This document shows positions 40,401 through 51,600 of a stretch of DNA of 64,000 nucleotides, one piece after another. Both the position numbers and the translations under genes were made by a program. How positions within the stretch are numbered: position 1 is the first letter of the stretch; each line of letters opens with the position of its first letter. The DNA is from an uncultured virus (IMG/VR IMGVR_UViG_2891407665_000020) (lineage: Duplodnaviria; Heunggongvirae; Uroviricota; Caudoviricetes): the IMG/VR virus record IMGVR_UViG_2891407665_000020. One strand, 5' to 3'. The notes beneath the pieces are model-generated. The model worked only from the letters and a program-made list of their open reading frames with translations. It did not search any database and was not told the DNA's origin.

Positions 40401-43400
40401 TATTATGGCGAACAGGCAGAAGAGCCTATTTAACAATATGATTACCCAGCAGCTTCCACAATTGCTAAGTGACTATTCCGGCACAGATTTAGGGGACTTC
40501 CGCATTGATTTTGAGATGTTCCCTTTTTCGTCACGTGACGCCATTGAGAAAAATGGCACATTATGCGCTACAGTGAGGGCTGCTTGTACCGTTACCAGAA
40601 AAGCAACAGGAGAGAGTCATTGCTTCAATATTGATTTGTTGGATGTTCCTGTCTACACGGAAGCAGGCTTTAAGATTAAGAATAATTATATGCAGATTCT
40701 GGATTTATACAGCCGTACTACTGGTTGGAGTTTTTCCAGTGATTATTCTGATGGCGTGAATGATGATAAAAAGCAAGATTTTGATAAGCGGACAGCATCT
40801 TTAGTTGCTGTGGGAAAATCCTCAATAAAATTTTGTTATCAGAAGACCGGTGGTATTATCGTAAGGGTTAAGAACAAAGCTGTGCCTGTCAAGACATTCT
40901 TTAGGGCGCTATCGAATGTGTCCGGGGATGAACTTATTGAAATGTTTGGAATTGAGAATCCATTTATTGTGGATGCTTTATTATCCAGCAAGTCTAGTAC
41001 TGGGAGGATTGCGGATAACCACAGCCGGACTGAATGTATTGATTTTGTGTATAATATACTGCGCGGTGACTCGAAGCAGTCTGATGTTATAAAGAATACT
41101 TCTGTAAAACAGCAGGCGATTCAGGATGTATACTTTAACCAAAAGTATTTAAACCTCGGTAGAAATTACAGTGACAGGTTACAGCGTTCCATGTCTTTCC
41201 TGCTGAATGCTGAGGGGAAAGAGCTGGCAGAGGACGTCGTTTTAGAAGGGAGTGTCCTGCTTCCGCAAGGAACGATTCTGTCAAGCGATAAGCTGGTTGA
41301 ACTGGATAACCGTCCTATAAATCAGATAGCGGTTAAATCCAAAGGAAAGATCTTTTATTTAAGGAAATTTTCAAGCTTCACATTCCGTGTGCTTGGTTAC
41401 TCACTTTCAGAAGAATACTGCGGAATCCAGCCTGGAAAGAAATTAACACTATCAGATTTGGTAATACTGAACCAGTCCGAGTTAGACACCGTGAAGGTGC
41501 TGGATGGCTCAGGCAATACCAGGATAGTTAGGCGGCGTGTGCGGCCCAGGGTACTGGCAATGGAGGATCTGTATACAGTATTTAACCTTTATGCCAACCT
41601 CCTGAATGGGTATGACGTTTATGATAATCCCTATGAATTGACGAATAGGGTAGTGACCCCATTTAATAAAAAGATAGTCGAGATAATTGAGCGCAATTTG
41701 ATTAAGTATATTGGCCTCCTGGATAGGAACCTGAAGAAACTTAGTGAAGACGAATTTCTTTATGCGAAGATTGCAAAGACAACCTTCCAGCTCGATGAAT
41801 TTATTAAAGAAGCTGCGAACCCTGAAGATTCTGAAGCACAAATGTCGGACCTTAATAATGGGCTGCATTATATTAGCAAATGCTATAAGGTGACTACGGA
41901 TGTGAGGTCATCTGAGGCGACAGAGAAACTGCGCAGGGTGCAGGACTTGCAGCTTGGCAGGACGGATTCCATTGATTCACCGGAATCCAATAAGATTGGT
42001 TTAGTGCACCAGAGAACCCTTTTAGCAAAGGAGACTGATGAGGGCTATTTAACCGTGCCATACCTCCGCGTGAAGGATGGCATCGTTATGGATAAGCAGC
42101 CAGTTTATTTAAGCGCCCAGGAGGAAATTGGGAATTATATTGCTGAATGGGATGAAGAGTTTTTCCAGGAGGATGAATCTGGTTCACGTGTGCTAAAGCC
42201 ACGCATTAAAGCAAGGTATAATGGGAGCGTTGTTACCATAGAGACAAAGCGAGTGACATTAAAGGAGTACACGCAGATACAGAATATGTCGCCTGCACGT
42301 TCAACGATTCCATTTATGGGGAACTCTAATGCAAAAAGGCTTCTAATGGCCTGTAACCACCAAAAGCAGGCGGTTCCTGTAATTAAAGCACAAAGGCCAG
42401 TTGTCGGCACTGGGTGCGAGGCGATGTTGCCACTTGGGAATTACAGAGCAACCAGCGTGCTGCAAGATTATTATGAATCTACTGCCAGCATTTACCCAGG
42501 AATAAAGGAGTATAAGGATGTTATTCTTAATGGCAGTCTGTCCATAGATAAGGATGGGATACAGGAGCAGGAGAAAACCCGGCATGTAAAATTGATTGTG
42601 AACGAAGCAAAACAACTGGCACAGAATGGGAAGATTCAGTGTGATTACACGACTACAATCAGTATCCCATTCATGCAGAAAACCTCTGAAAAATCAGTAT
42701 TCTCCTTTAGGATACATCCTGCAAAAGACGGAGTGTACCGTGGGGATGCTATAATTGCTTCTGATATTTCTTTCTACCCTTTAGCGGACAGGAAAGTGAA
42801 TACAGTTGGGGACTATGGCGGTCTGGAGATGGATAAGGGCAGCGCAGAGCAGTCATACGGCCCAGGCGTCAATCTCGTAGTTGGGTATAAGACATACGAA
42901 ACGTCTACCATAGATGATGCTATCTGCATTTCCTCAAAGCTGGTATACGACGAGACATTGACTTCAATCACCATGGTGTCTAAGACCGTTGAGCTAAGAC
43001 AGCGTTCAGATAAGACTGAATCTTTTGGACTGCCGAGGGAACACGATTTTAAGAAATATAAACTGGATTACAGGGGTCTGGCCGCAGTAGGTGCAATGTT
43101 GAACCCGGGTGACGCCTATGCCTGCGTCATCGTAAGTTCCAGCGACAAGGTAACGGTCCAGTATAAGTTCCTGGATGAATACTCCTGTGGGCAGGTTATA
43201 TCGTCAGATATAAAGACGAAGGACAATAAGGTTTATGCAGAAATCATTATCGCCGCCAGGAGTGATATTGAGTGCGGTGACAAGATGTCCGGAAGGTGTG
43301 GTAATAAGGGTGTGGTAAGTAAAATTATACCTGAAGAAGAAATGCCTTATGACCCGGAAACCGGTCTTACGCTGGATGTAATCCTCAATCCGCTTGGAAT

Positions 43401-46400
43401 ACCTTCACGTATGAATATTACGCAGCTACTGGATTGTGCGTTAGCGCTTGCCATGAACCGGCAGAATGAGTATGTAAATATCGCTCCATACTATAAAGGC
43501 AGTATTGATTATGTGCGGGAGCAGACGGACAGGCAAGGTGTTAAGCCAATGATGCTTTGCGATGGCAGGACGGGAGAATTTTTTAAGCGGCCCGTGAATG
43601 TCGGCGTGCATTATATGTTTAAGCTGGTCCATATGGTGAAGAAGAAGGTTAATGCCATTTCACTTGAAGAGCCAATCGACCCTATTTTCCAGCAGCCTTT
43701 GAAAGGGCAGAAAAATGAGGGCGGGCAGTCGTTCGGTGAGATGGAGTCCTGGTGTCTGCAGGGAATCGGGGCAACAGGCGTATTGCAGACTACGTACAGC
43801 ACAGAGTCGGATGATATAGATAAGAAGCTTGAGCTGGAAGAGAGGCTATGTAACGGTGAGCTGGACGTAGATGTTATAGGGGAGAACAAGAACGATTTAG
43901 TCATGCAGACCTTCACAAGGTGTTTAGGCATTGATGTTGATTTAAGGGACGGCCTTTACACATTGAGGCCGCTCAGCGATACTAAGATACGCTCGCTTAA
44001 TGTGTACTCTGTTAATGACGAGAACGACTTACACAATCCTGCGATATTCGGCAGTGATGCGACCCCCAGGGACAAGATGGATGGGAAAGAAAAATGGAGT
44101 TATATTGATTTGCATACAGAAATCGTGTCTCCATTTTGGTTTAATAAGGGCATCCTGAACCGGTTAATAGCAGTGCGTGTCGTTACCTGCGCCAGTGATG
44201 GAAGCCATAAAATTTCCGCACCTACGATTGCACAAAGCGGCTTATTCTATTCACTCCTTCGGGGAGAAACGTTTGTAGGAAAGACGATAAGCGCCTGTGG
44301 GTATCCGACTATTTATAAGCCTGGCATCCCCGATATGCCATTGGATGTTATAACAGGGAACGAGGCGGTTATTTATGTTTTTAAGAACTATGACTTTAAT
44401 TCAACAGTCTCTGTGTATGAGGCGGAGATAGCGAAGAAGAAGAGCAGTATAACACCGGAAGAACAGGCAAGCAATAAAGAACTGCTTCGTATGCTAAAGT
44501 CTTATAACAGTTTAAAAAATAATATTGATGCCGGCATTGTCCCATCAGATTATGTAATCAGCGCTCTGCCTGTTATGCCACAGACATTTAGGCCTTTGAT
44601 GAAAGGCGGGGCACAGAGCAGGACGTCTGATTTTGACAAGTCGTATAAACAGATTTTAGCGGACGTGCGCAGTATCACGCAGGGTGTTACAGAAGCGAAT
44701 ACACTGGCGCTTTTACAGGATATAGAGCAGTTCCTTGGTTTCGAGAAACTTGCAAAACGCAATATTTCTTCAGACAAGGACAGGACAAACCTGATACGCT
44801 GGTTCACCGGGAGCGGGGACGAGAGTAATTCAAAGCACCATGGGAAAATCAGGGAAAACACATTAAGCAAGAAGATGTTCTGTTCTGGACGGTCTGTTAT
44901 TATTCCAACAGGGCTTCCTGATATGAAGCCTACTGAGGTAGGTATCCCGCTGTCCATGCTGGTCAAGTTATATAAACAGCCTTTAATTGGATATTTGTGT
45001 GAAGCATTCAGTATGCAGAAACATGGGAAGTTTATTTCGAAGAATGTGTGGCGCGCTTTATTCAATGCTGTAGGCGGAAGGCAGCCACAGAAGTTTATGG
45101 AGGTGTGGGATTCAAAGTTTGCAAGTAAAGCAATAGACCCATACAGTGAAACGAAAGAGAATTTGAAAGCAAGGGAAGCATATGACCTGGTAAGGAAATT
45201 GGTCATTCAGTATGTTGAAGAGGAAGGCGTTGTCGAGCTTGGCAGGCAGCCATCCCTGCACCAATTTAGCATAAAGGCATACCGCGTCAAAGCTGTCGAC
45301 ACTAAAGCCATACAGATTCATCCGCTTGTGTGTGGCGGATACAACGCTGATTTCGATGGCGATACTGTTTGGGTAAAAGCAATCCTTTCTGCGACTGCGA
45401 AAAAAGAAGCGCTGGAGAAGATGTCACCGGCGTCCGTGTTCAGGAACCCAAAGGATAGTTCCCTTGTATTAATGCCGGCACAGGATATTGCGCTTGGGTT
45501 GTATTGCGCGACAATGCTAAAGAATAATGTGTCAGATGTTTATGAGACGCCTGAGGTGCTTGGCGATATAAGGTATTACTCGGATACAGAGTCGCTGGCA
45601 AGCGATATAGACCTGGGGATTGCTGAATACTACACGCTCGTTGTTATCAGCCAGAACGGCAATTATTATTATGCAACTGCCGGCAGAATCTTATTTAATA
45701 GCTTAATCCCAGGCGGGTTCACCGACAGGCCATTTAGCAACGTCCTGCATCTCCCTATCCCGTGCAATGCAGCATTCAGGGATACGCATAACTTATGCGA
45801 CTTGGAATATGACGGCATCATTGCCGGCAAGGGAGGAACACGCAAGGATGTTGTATACTGCAAGCTGAGTAAGATATGTGAAAAGTTCGTAACCGAGCGC
45901 CCGGAGGATTGTATAGACATATACCAGGCTATTACAAAGTTTGGCTTCCACGCGAGCGACCTTAATTCTGTGACTCTCTCATTAGACGATATTAACGTCA
46001 GCATTATCCCAGATGAGTTACAACAGAGGGGGCAGCGTAAAAAAGACCTCCTCGCTGAAGAAAGAGATAAGGGCATTCTCAGCGAGAGCGAATACTTTAG
46101 GCTAAGCAAAGAGTTAAATTCCAATCTGGAAGAAGCGCTTGCCGGGGATATTAATGCTGCCAGTTGTAACGATTTGAAACATTCCTTGCTTGCGGATGCG
46201 GACAGGAAAAAAGAGCAGTTGGAAAATGCCTACCAGTTGGGGATAGTGCATGAGGAGGATAGGAAGAAGGGAATACAGAATCTGTATAAGGGAACCCTTG
46301 GAAAGATAAAAAGCGCACTCCCTGCTTCTATGGATAGGAATAATAATTTGTTCATTATCTATGACTCTGGGGCACGCGGGAATATAGGGCAGATTATGCA

Positions 46401-48648
46401 GACTACCGGCGCCATAGGAATCCTTCAGAAGACAAAATCTGAGAACATGGAAATGCCAGTCACCGGAAATTATGCAGAGGGAATAAGTTCCTTTGACACT
46501 TATATTACATCTTTCTCTGCACGTACCGGCGTCGCATCCACGCAGAATGAAACGCAGAATGCCGGGCATGCAACCAGGACGGCTGTTTATATGCTGGATG
46601 GTATTGATGTTGTAGAGGACGACTGCGGGAAGAAGAATTGGTGGTACGACGTACAATGGGGAGATTTTAAGAATGTTGTAAGGCTGAGGCCGTCAGATGC
46701 ATTTATAGAGCGGCATTTGGGCGGGAAGAGACTGGATTTCTCTGACAGGGAAACCTTTAAAGAATTCAGTGAGATTACCCCGGACGGCGAGATTACTGAC
46801 AATGTGCTTCAGTATTTAAGGCAAAAAGGGTTCTCCACATTAGTGCTAGCAGGACCGGATAAAGAACGGCATTATGTTGATATTTCCATTGATAGCATGA
46901 AAGGCGCGAAGGTAAGCGAGGATGACGAGGACAGCTTACGGGCGTTAAAAAACTACCTGAAAGGGAGAAAGATTACGAATGAGTGCCTTGGGATTATTGT
47001 GGCAGAAAAATTAAAACGTGTGCAAACCAATGATGGCGTGTATGAGCTGTATTACAGTCTTAACCCGGTAGTTGAAAGTCTGTTGCTAGGCAGGGAAGCA
47101 TCTGCCACGGAATTGGATGGACTCCCTGGTTTGCCATACCTCGAAGAGGTAGCTGACTGTAATGACCAATCAGGGAAAACGATAACGTGCATTACCCGCA
47201 AGACCCTTGATTATGTGGAGGAGAACAGGCTCGAGAGGATTCCGGCAAGGCTCTTATTAGACTGCCACTCGGTAGGGGGTGTGTGCGCACATTGTTATGG
47301 GCGAAGGTACACAGATGGGACAATCCCCAAAGTAGGTTCAAATGTTGGCATTGAAGCGGCGCAGTCACTTGGGGAGCCAAGTGCACAGCTTACCATGTCA
47401 CTGTTCCATACAGGTGGCGCTGCAGGAACCAGCATTGCCGGTGGCGTAGAAATACTTTCGCATCTGCTGAGTGGCTCAAAGCCTGGTGGTTCTAATTCAG
47501 AGACTGCCACGGTAGCCCCGCATAATGGGTACGTAAAGCTGATCAAGCTTGACTCTAAGGATATTGGCTTTGTTATTCCGGAGAAGCAGGACTGTACGAT
47601 GTGCGCTAAATGCCGCACAGAGAATGCAGGGTGCCCAATTGATAGCGGGCTTTATGGAAATGCCGCATGTAAGCTGCAACAGAAGTTAGACAGCACAACA
47701 ATCATAGTGAAAGACGGCCAATACGTAAAGCATGGGGAGTCTATCACAGATGGCTATGTAATGCCAAATTCAATAGTAAGGTGCCAGGGGTATTCGGATG
47801 AGGAAGTTTTGCGGAAAAAGCAGATTGTGTGGATGATGGCATACTTCGATACATTCCGCAGCAATGGGATTGATATTAATGCCCGGCACTTTGAGATCTT
47901 GGCGAGGTGCCAGAATTTGCTGGTTACTATCGTTGACAAAGGCAACACGAATTTAGAGGTCGGGAAGACTTACGAGTTCTCTGAGCTTATGCGCAATTAC
48001 CTGCCGGAGGATTTAGCAAGTACGCAGTATTATATGGCGACTTCTGATAAGTATGAGGTCGTCACACATTTCAGCGGTCCTATGGCAATGCTTACATTTG
48101 AGAATGTGGCAGAGCAGGCCGCCGTATTTGCGAATAGCGTATACAGCTCATCCACAACGTCGTTAATTGGCAGTTCCTTTGTTGGGAATAATTTGATTCT
48201 GGATGAGAAGAAAACACTAAAACAGCCAGTCATTGTGAACCGGGCGTTTGAGGATAATCCTTTCTTTGATTCCGATGAGGATTTCAACCAGGAGAGTGAG
48301 GCTATCGAAGTGGTGCATGGGCTTGAGGACACAAGTCTGGATTTAGGGGAATTAGACTTTACTGGGCTTGATACAATGCTGGATGACAGTAATGCCTTTG
48401 GTACTAGCGCCACCGATGAGGAGCCGGGCGCGGCTGACAATCTTGACAGCGATACGCAGGAGCCCTGCCTGGACACAGCGGATGCCGTGGATGCAGCTAA
48501 GGATACTATTGATGATATGGGTGTTGTGGAGGATGTGGATACATTCGGGGGTGTGGATCTGATCGACAGTCTCTTTACAGATTCAGACTCCGCGGATGCG
48601 CCGCATGATGAGGATGATGTACAGCTTGAAGATCTTTCATTCTTTTAA
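40390..48648 (+). CDS. rpoBC: Divergent DNA-directed RNA polymerase, fused beta-beta' subunits
   Basis: beta motifs RLLMACNHQKQAVP, GDKMSGRCGNKGVVS, NPLGIPSRMN, GGQSFGEME; beta' motifs RQPSLH, YNADFDGD, SGARG, VCAHCYG, AAQSLGEPSAQLTMSLFHTGG; one frame, no stop; acidic tail. Confidence 0.95.
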   Translation: MGSDIMANRQKSLFNNMITQQLPQLLSDYSGTDLGDFRIDFEMFPFSSRDAIEKNGTLCATVRAACTVTRKATGESHCFNIDLLDVPVYTEAGFKIKNNYMQILDLYSRTTGWSFSSDYSDGVNDDKKQDFDKRTASLVAVGKSSIKFCYQKTGGIIVRVKNKAVPVKTFFRALSNVSGDELIEMFGIENPFIVDALLSSKSSTGRIADNHSRTECIDFVYNILRGDSKQSDVIKNTSVKQQAIQDVYFNQKYLNLGRNYSDRLQRSMSFLLNAEGKELAEDVVLEGSVLLPQGTILSSDKLVELDNRPINQIAVKSKGKIFYLRKFSSFTFRVLGYSLSEEYCGIQPGKKLTLSDLVILNQSELDTVKVLDGSGNTRIVRRRVRPRVLAMEDLYTVFNLYANLLNGYDVYDNPYELTNRVVTPFNKKIVEIIERNLIKYIGLLDRNLKKLSEDEFLYAKIAKTTFQLDEFIKEAANPEDSEAQMSDLNNGLHYISKCYKVTTDVRSSEATEKLRRVQDLQLGRTDSIDSPESNKIGLVHQRTLLAKETDEGYLTVPYLRVKDGIVMDKQPVYLSAQEEIGNYIAEWDEEFFQEDESGSRVLKPRIKARYNGSVVTIETKRVTLKEYTQIQNMSPARSTIPFMGNSNAKRLLMACNHQKQAVPVIKAQRPVVGTGCEAMLPLGNYRATSVLQDYYESTASIYPGIKEYKDVILNGSLSIDKDGIQEQEKTRHVKLIVNEAKQLAQNGKIQCDYTTTISIPFMQKTSEKSVFSFRIHPAKDGVYRGDAIIASDISFYPLADRKVNTVGDYGGLEMDKGSAEQSYGPGVNLVVGYKTYETSTIDDAICISSKLVYDETLTSITMVSKTVELRQRSDKTESFGLPREHDFKKYKLDYRGLAAVGAMLNPGDAYACVIVSSSDKVTVQYKFLDEYSCGQVISSDIKTKDNKVYAEIIIAARSDIECGDKMSGRCGNKGVVSKIIPEEEMPYDPETGLTLDVILNPLGIPSRMNITQLLDCALALAMNRQNEYVNIAPYYKGSIDYVREQTDRQGVKPMMLCDGRTGEFFKRPVNVGVHYMFKLVHMVKKKVNAISLEEPIDPIFQQPLKGQKNEGGQSFGEMESWCLQGIGATGVLQTTYSTESDDIDKKLELEERLCNGELDVDVIGENKNDLVMQTFTRCLGIDVDLRDGLYTLRPLSDTKIRSLNVYSVNDENDLHNPAIFGSDATPRDKMDGKEKWSYIDLHTEIVSPFWFNKGILNRLIAVRVVTCASDGSHKISAPTIAQSGLFYSLLRGETFVGKTISACGYPTIYKPGIPDMPLDVITGNEAVIYVFKNYDFNSTVSVYEAEIAKKKSSITPEEQASNKELLRMLKSYNSLKNNIDAGIVPSDYVISALPVMPQTFRPLMKGGAQSRTSDFDKSYKQILADVRSITQGVTEANTLALLQDIEQFLGFEKLAKRNISSDKDRTNLIRWFTGSGDESNSKHHGKIRENTLSKKMFCSGRSVIIPTGLPDMKPTEVGIPLSMLVKLYKQPLIGYLCEAFSMQKHGKFISKNVWRALFNAVGGRQPQKFMEVWDSKFASKAIDPYSETKENLKAREAYDLVRKLVIQYVEEEGVVELGRQPSLHQFSIKAYRVKAVDTKAIQIHPLVCGGYNADFDGDTVWVKAILSATAKKEALEKMSPASVFRNPKDSSLVLMPAQDIALGLYCATMLKNNVSDVYETPEVLGDIRYYSDTESLASDIDLGIAEYYTLVVISQNGNYYYATAGRILFNSLIPGGFTDRPFSNVLHLPIPCNAAFRDTHNLCDLEYDGIIAGKGGTRKDVVYCKLSKICEKFVTERPEDCIDIYQAITKFGFHASDLNSVTLSLDDINVSIIPDELQQRGQRKKDLLAEERDKGILSESEYFRLSKELNSNLEEALAGDINAASCNDLKHSLLADADRKKEQLENAYQLGIVHEEDRKKGIQNLYKGTLGKIKSALPASMDRNNNLFIIYDSGARGNIGQIMQTTGAIGILQKTKSENMEMPVTGNYAEGISSFDTYITSFSARTGVASTQNETQNAGHATRTAVYMLDGIDVVEDDCGKKNWWYDVQWGDFKNVVRLRPSDAFIERHLGGKRLDFSDRETFKEFSEITPDGEITDNVLQYLRQKGFSTLVLAGPDKERHYVDISIDSMKGAKVSEDDEDSLRALKNYLKGRKITNECLGIIVAEKLKRVQTNDGVYELYYSLNPVVESLLLGREASATELDGLPGLPYLEEVADCNDQSGKTITCITRKTLDYVEENRLERIPARLLLDCHSVGGVCAHCYGRRYTDGTIPKVGSNVGIEAAQSLGEPSAQLTMSLFHTGGAAGTSIAGGVEILSHLLSGSKPGGSNSETATVAPHNGYVKLIKLDSKDIGFVIPEKQDCTMCAKCRTENAGCPIDSGLYGNAACKLQQKLDSTTIIVKDGQYVKHGESITDGYVMPNSIVRCQGYSDEEVLRKKQIVWMMAYFDTFRSNGIDINARHFEILARCQNLLVTIVDKGNTNLEVGKTYEFSELMRNYLPEDLASTQYYMATSDKYEVVTHFSGPMAMLTFENVAEQAAVFANSVYSSSTTSLIGSSFVGNNLILDEKKTLKQPVIVNRAFEDNPFFDSDEDFNQESEAIEVVHGLEDTSLDLGELDFTGLDTMLDDSNAFGTSATDEEPGAADNLDSDTQEPCLDTADAVDAAKDTIDDMGVVEDVDTFGGVDLIDSLFTDSDSADAPHDEDDVQLEDLSFF

Positions 48649-48676
48649 TAATGGCGAAAAGGGGCAATCGTAATGA

Positions 48677-51600
48677 ATGCCCCTTTCGAGCGGAAAGACA
48701 ATTAGCAGACTGGAGGTTGCTATGCTACTAAGTGAGTTAAGAAAAGACACATTGCCTATAGGGAAAGTGCAATTTGTTCTCGCAATCATTATAGGTGATA
48801 AAGCTGGCGCAGCGTTAGAGGGAGAGGCATTAAAGATTAGTACTTCTACGCTGAGATACTATGTTGAAGAGAAACAGAAGCAGACCAAGGGGAATGTTGA
48901 TATTGTGCGGACCGTGATTGAATGCGTGGCTACACAGCCAGTCATCAGCCAGGGCAGGAGGCAGTGTAATATTTACGAGTATGGCAGGTACGGCAATACT
49001 CGCAGCTCTTTGTGTATATCAGAAGAGGAACTGTATAAGGCGGTAATGCGTGTACTCCGTGATTACAGTAATGAGCGCTGCCTGTCTTTGTTTGCGGATT
49101 CACCTTATGCAAAGGAGAAAGTGCTGAAAGCCATAAAAAACAATTACGTGGCATTCACAGGGGACGTCAACCCTACCCCCGCCAAATTGAATGCAATCTT
49201 CAACGATCTGAAGGATAAGCAGATTAACAGGTATAGCAGCGACTACGTGTTTTCCTCTAACCATGATAATCCGGTAGGGTGGCTGATTAAGGCGCTGGAG
49301 TTCTTTAGCAAGAACAGGACATTTTACACAAACAGGGCAAACGAGAGAAATCAGGACCAGATTATTGGGAGCGATAGGGGATCTACCCAGATGGAACTGG
49401 TCGCTATGGAGAATAGGAAAGAAAAGATTAATATTGATTTCCCGTCTGTTGTAAGTGATATTGCCCTTGCCTCTCAGCTACTTTATGTCCATAAAAACAA
49501 TACAGAGGCTTACTCCGATATTTATACGCATTATGTCAATAAAAAAGCCAATGAGGTGCGCGAGGCCATCTTCCGCAGCCTGGGGACCAAGGCATCCCTT
49601 TATAGTATAGTGAACAGATGGGATCCTGTAATAGTCGGCGCAAGCCATGTCAATAACAAAAAGAACAGCAGGGATAATATTGCAAAGGTAATGGAGATGC
49701 TTGTGGACAACCCAATTGCGGTGTCTGAGGTCTCTAAACTTTATAAGAAAGTATTACAGGTTAATGAGAATATACACCTGAACAGAGAGGGTACCATTAA
49801 GGATGGGATGCGCCTGTTCGACTCCAAGGATGTGAGCGTGCGTTCGAAGATGAGGAACGGTGAACGGTTTGAGATTCTTTACAAGGGCTATGTTGCGCTG
49901 GCGAATTTCATCAGATACCTTAATTCAAGGGATATATCGCTGTTTAGCATTCCGACAGAGATCTTTAGGAATATAAAACTTCCCAGACGCTTTTATTCAT
50001 TGGATGAGTATTTAAAGCTTGGAAGTACAGTAGCCCAGCTAGTGCAAGACGTGGACAGGGATGCTGAACGATCCAAACAGGTTGTAAACGGGATGTGGAA
50101 TAATGATGCTTTGTTTGATTCGATATCCTTACAGCTTTCAGGTGAAGCCGCGACTATACAGAACTTCCTAAGAAATTCCTGCACACTTGGGGATATTAAA
50201 ACGGCAATCGATAATGTGGAGCGTCGAAAGAAATGTGCGGCTTTCGACCAGCAGGCTTTTGTGCTGTACGAGAAGTATAAGCCTGAAATGTCCTATTTTA
50301 TGATAGGTGTTATTGGGGATAAGGCTGCTGGTAAGCGGTCAGTGACTCTCCTCGACAGGCAGGAGGAAATGGACGCATTTAAACAGCGGTCAGATTCAAT
50401 ACAGAAGTCCCACGGTGATGCATACAGGATTTATAAATTCCCGTTTTATCCTGGGGCTGAGGATTATGTCAGTTACACTGACCCATTTAGCGTAGGCCTG
50501 GACAGCGCGGAAGCAAGGAAAGATTTTATAGGTAAGTACCGGAACTGCCTTAATTGGGTAGAAGCTTCAATCATAAACACAGGGACGTTTGAGCAGCAGA
50601 GTTTGGGAACCCTGCGTGGGCTTCATTTTTATTTTATGCTAGCAATTTATAACTTTGACTCTTACAAGAATCTCACAGAGAATAAAGAGCGTGTAAGGAT
50701 GAAGTTAAGCAGATGTTACGTGCACTTGCTAGAAGCGTTAATGGAGAAAGAAGGGCATCCGGTTAAGAGGAACCATCTTTATGCCATACGGGGCAGGAGC
50801 ATAGCCGACCAGTTCTCGTATTTATTGGAAGGGTGCGACACTGAGGAGAAAGAAAAGTCTGCACTCCGGGAGATTAAGTACCGGGAGTTTGCAATTTCTT
50901 TCTGTGCAGATGCATTGCTTGCCCACCCGGCAAGGAACGACTGGGAGAAATTAAGGGATTTGTTTATCTCAGTTTCGGTTTATGAGAAGCTGTGGCTGAA
51001 TTTGCTGAATGCACTAGTTACCATTTGTAATGCAAAGAGAGAGTTTCTTACAGATGCAGAATTGGATAAAAAACTCCACAGCATGAATGAATACCGCAAA
51101 TTTATGAATGACGGGGCATTTGGGGCATTAGTGCGTTCTACAGCATTCTCTAACCTGTACAAGTTGAATAAACCTATTATGTCTATTAACGATATTCCAT
51201 TCCTATGGGAGATAGATACATACAGTGTCGTAGAGAATGACGCTTTCTATGCAAATGCAGGGAAGCATGGGAATACCGTGATTGTGGATACTGTCAATAA
51301 GTTCATAAACAGATACCCAGATATTTTTGAGTACTTCCGTATACTCGATGAGCAAATAAGCATACAGATAAGGCCAGGGCTTGAGCACGCAGCCTTTAAT
51401 GCAGGTACTGACGCGGAGTGTGGGGTACTCGAGGAAGCTGCACGCTCTTTACGTGAAACTAAGGATTTCATTAAAAGATTCGGAAACAGCCTCACTGGAA
51501 AGATTAGCGCGATGCTGCACACAGCTGTGTGCGATAAGGATGGATACCTTATGCTATTCAATAAGAGGTATTCCGTGGACACAGCCGATAGCCTGAACTA

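Noticed and set aside
40390..48648. Host housekeeping rpoB/rpoC
   Set aside because: Too diverged at normally invariant motifs, fused, and lacking the ribosomal-protein gene context.
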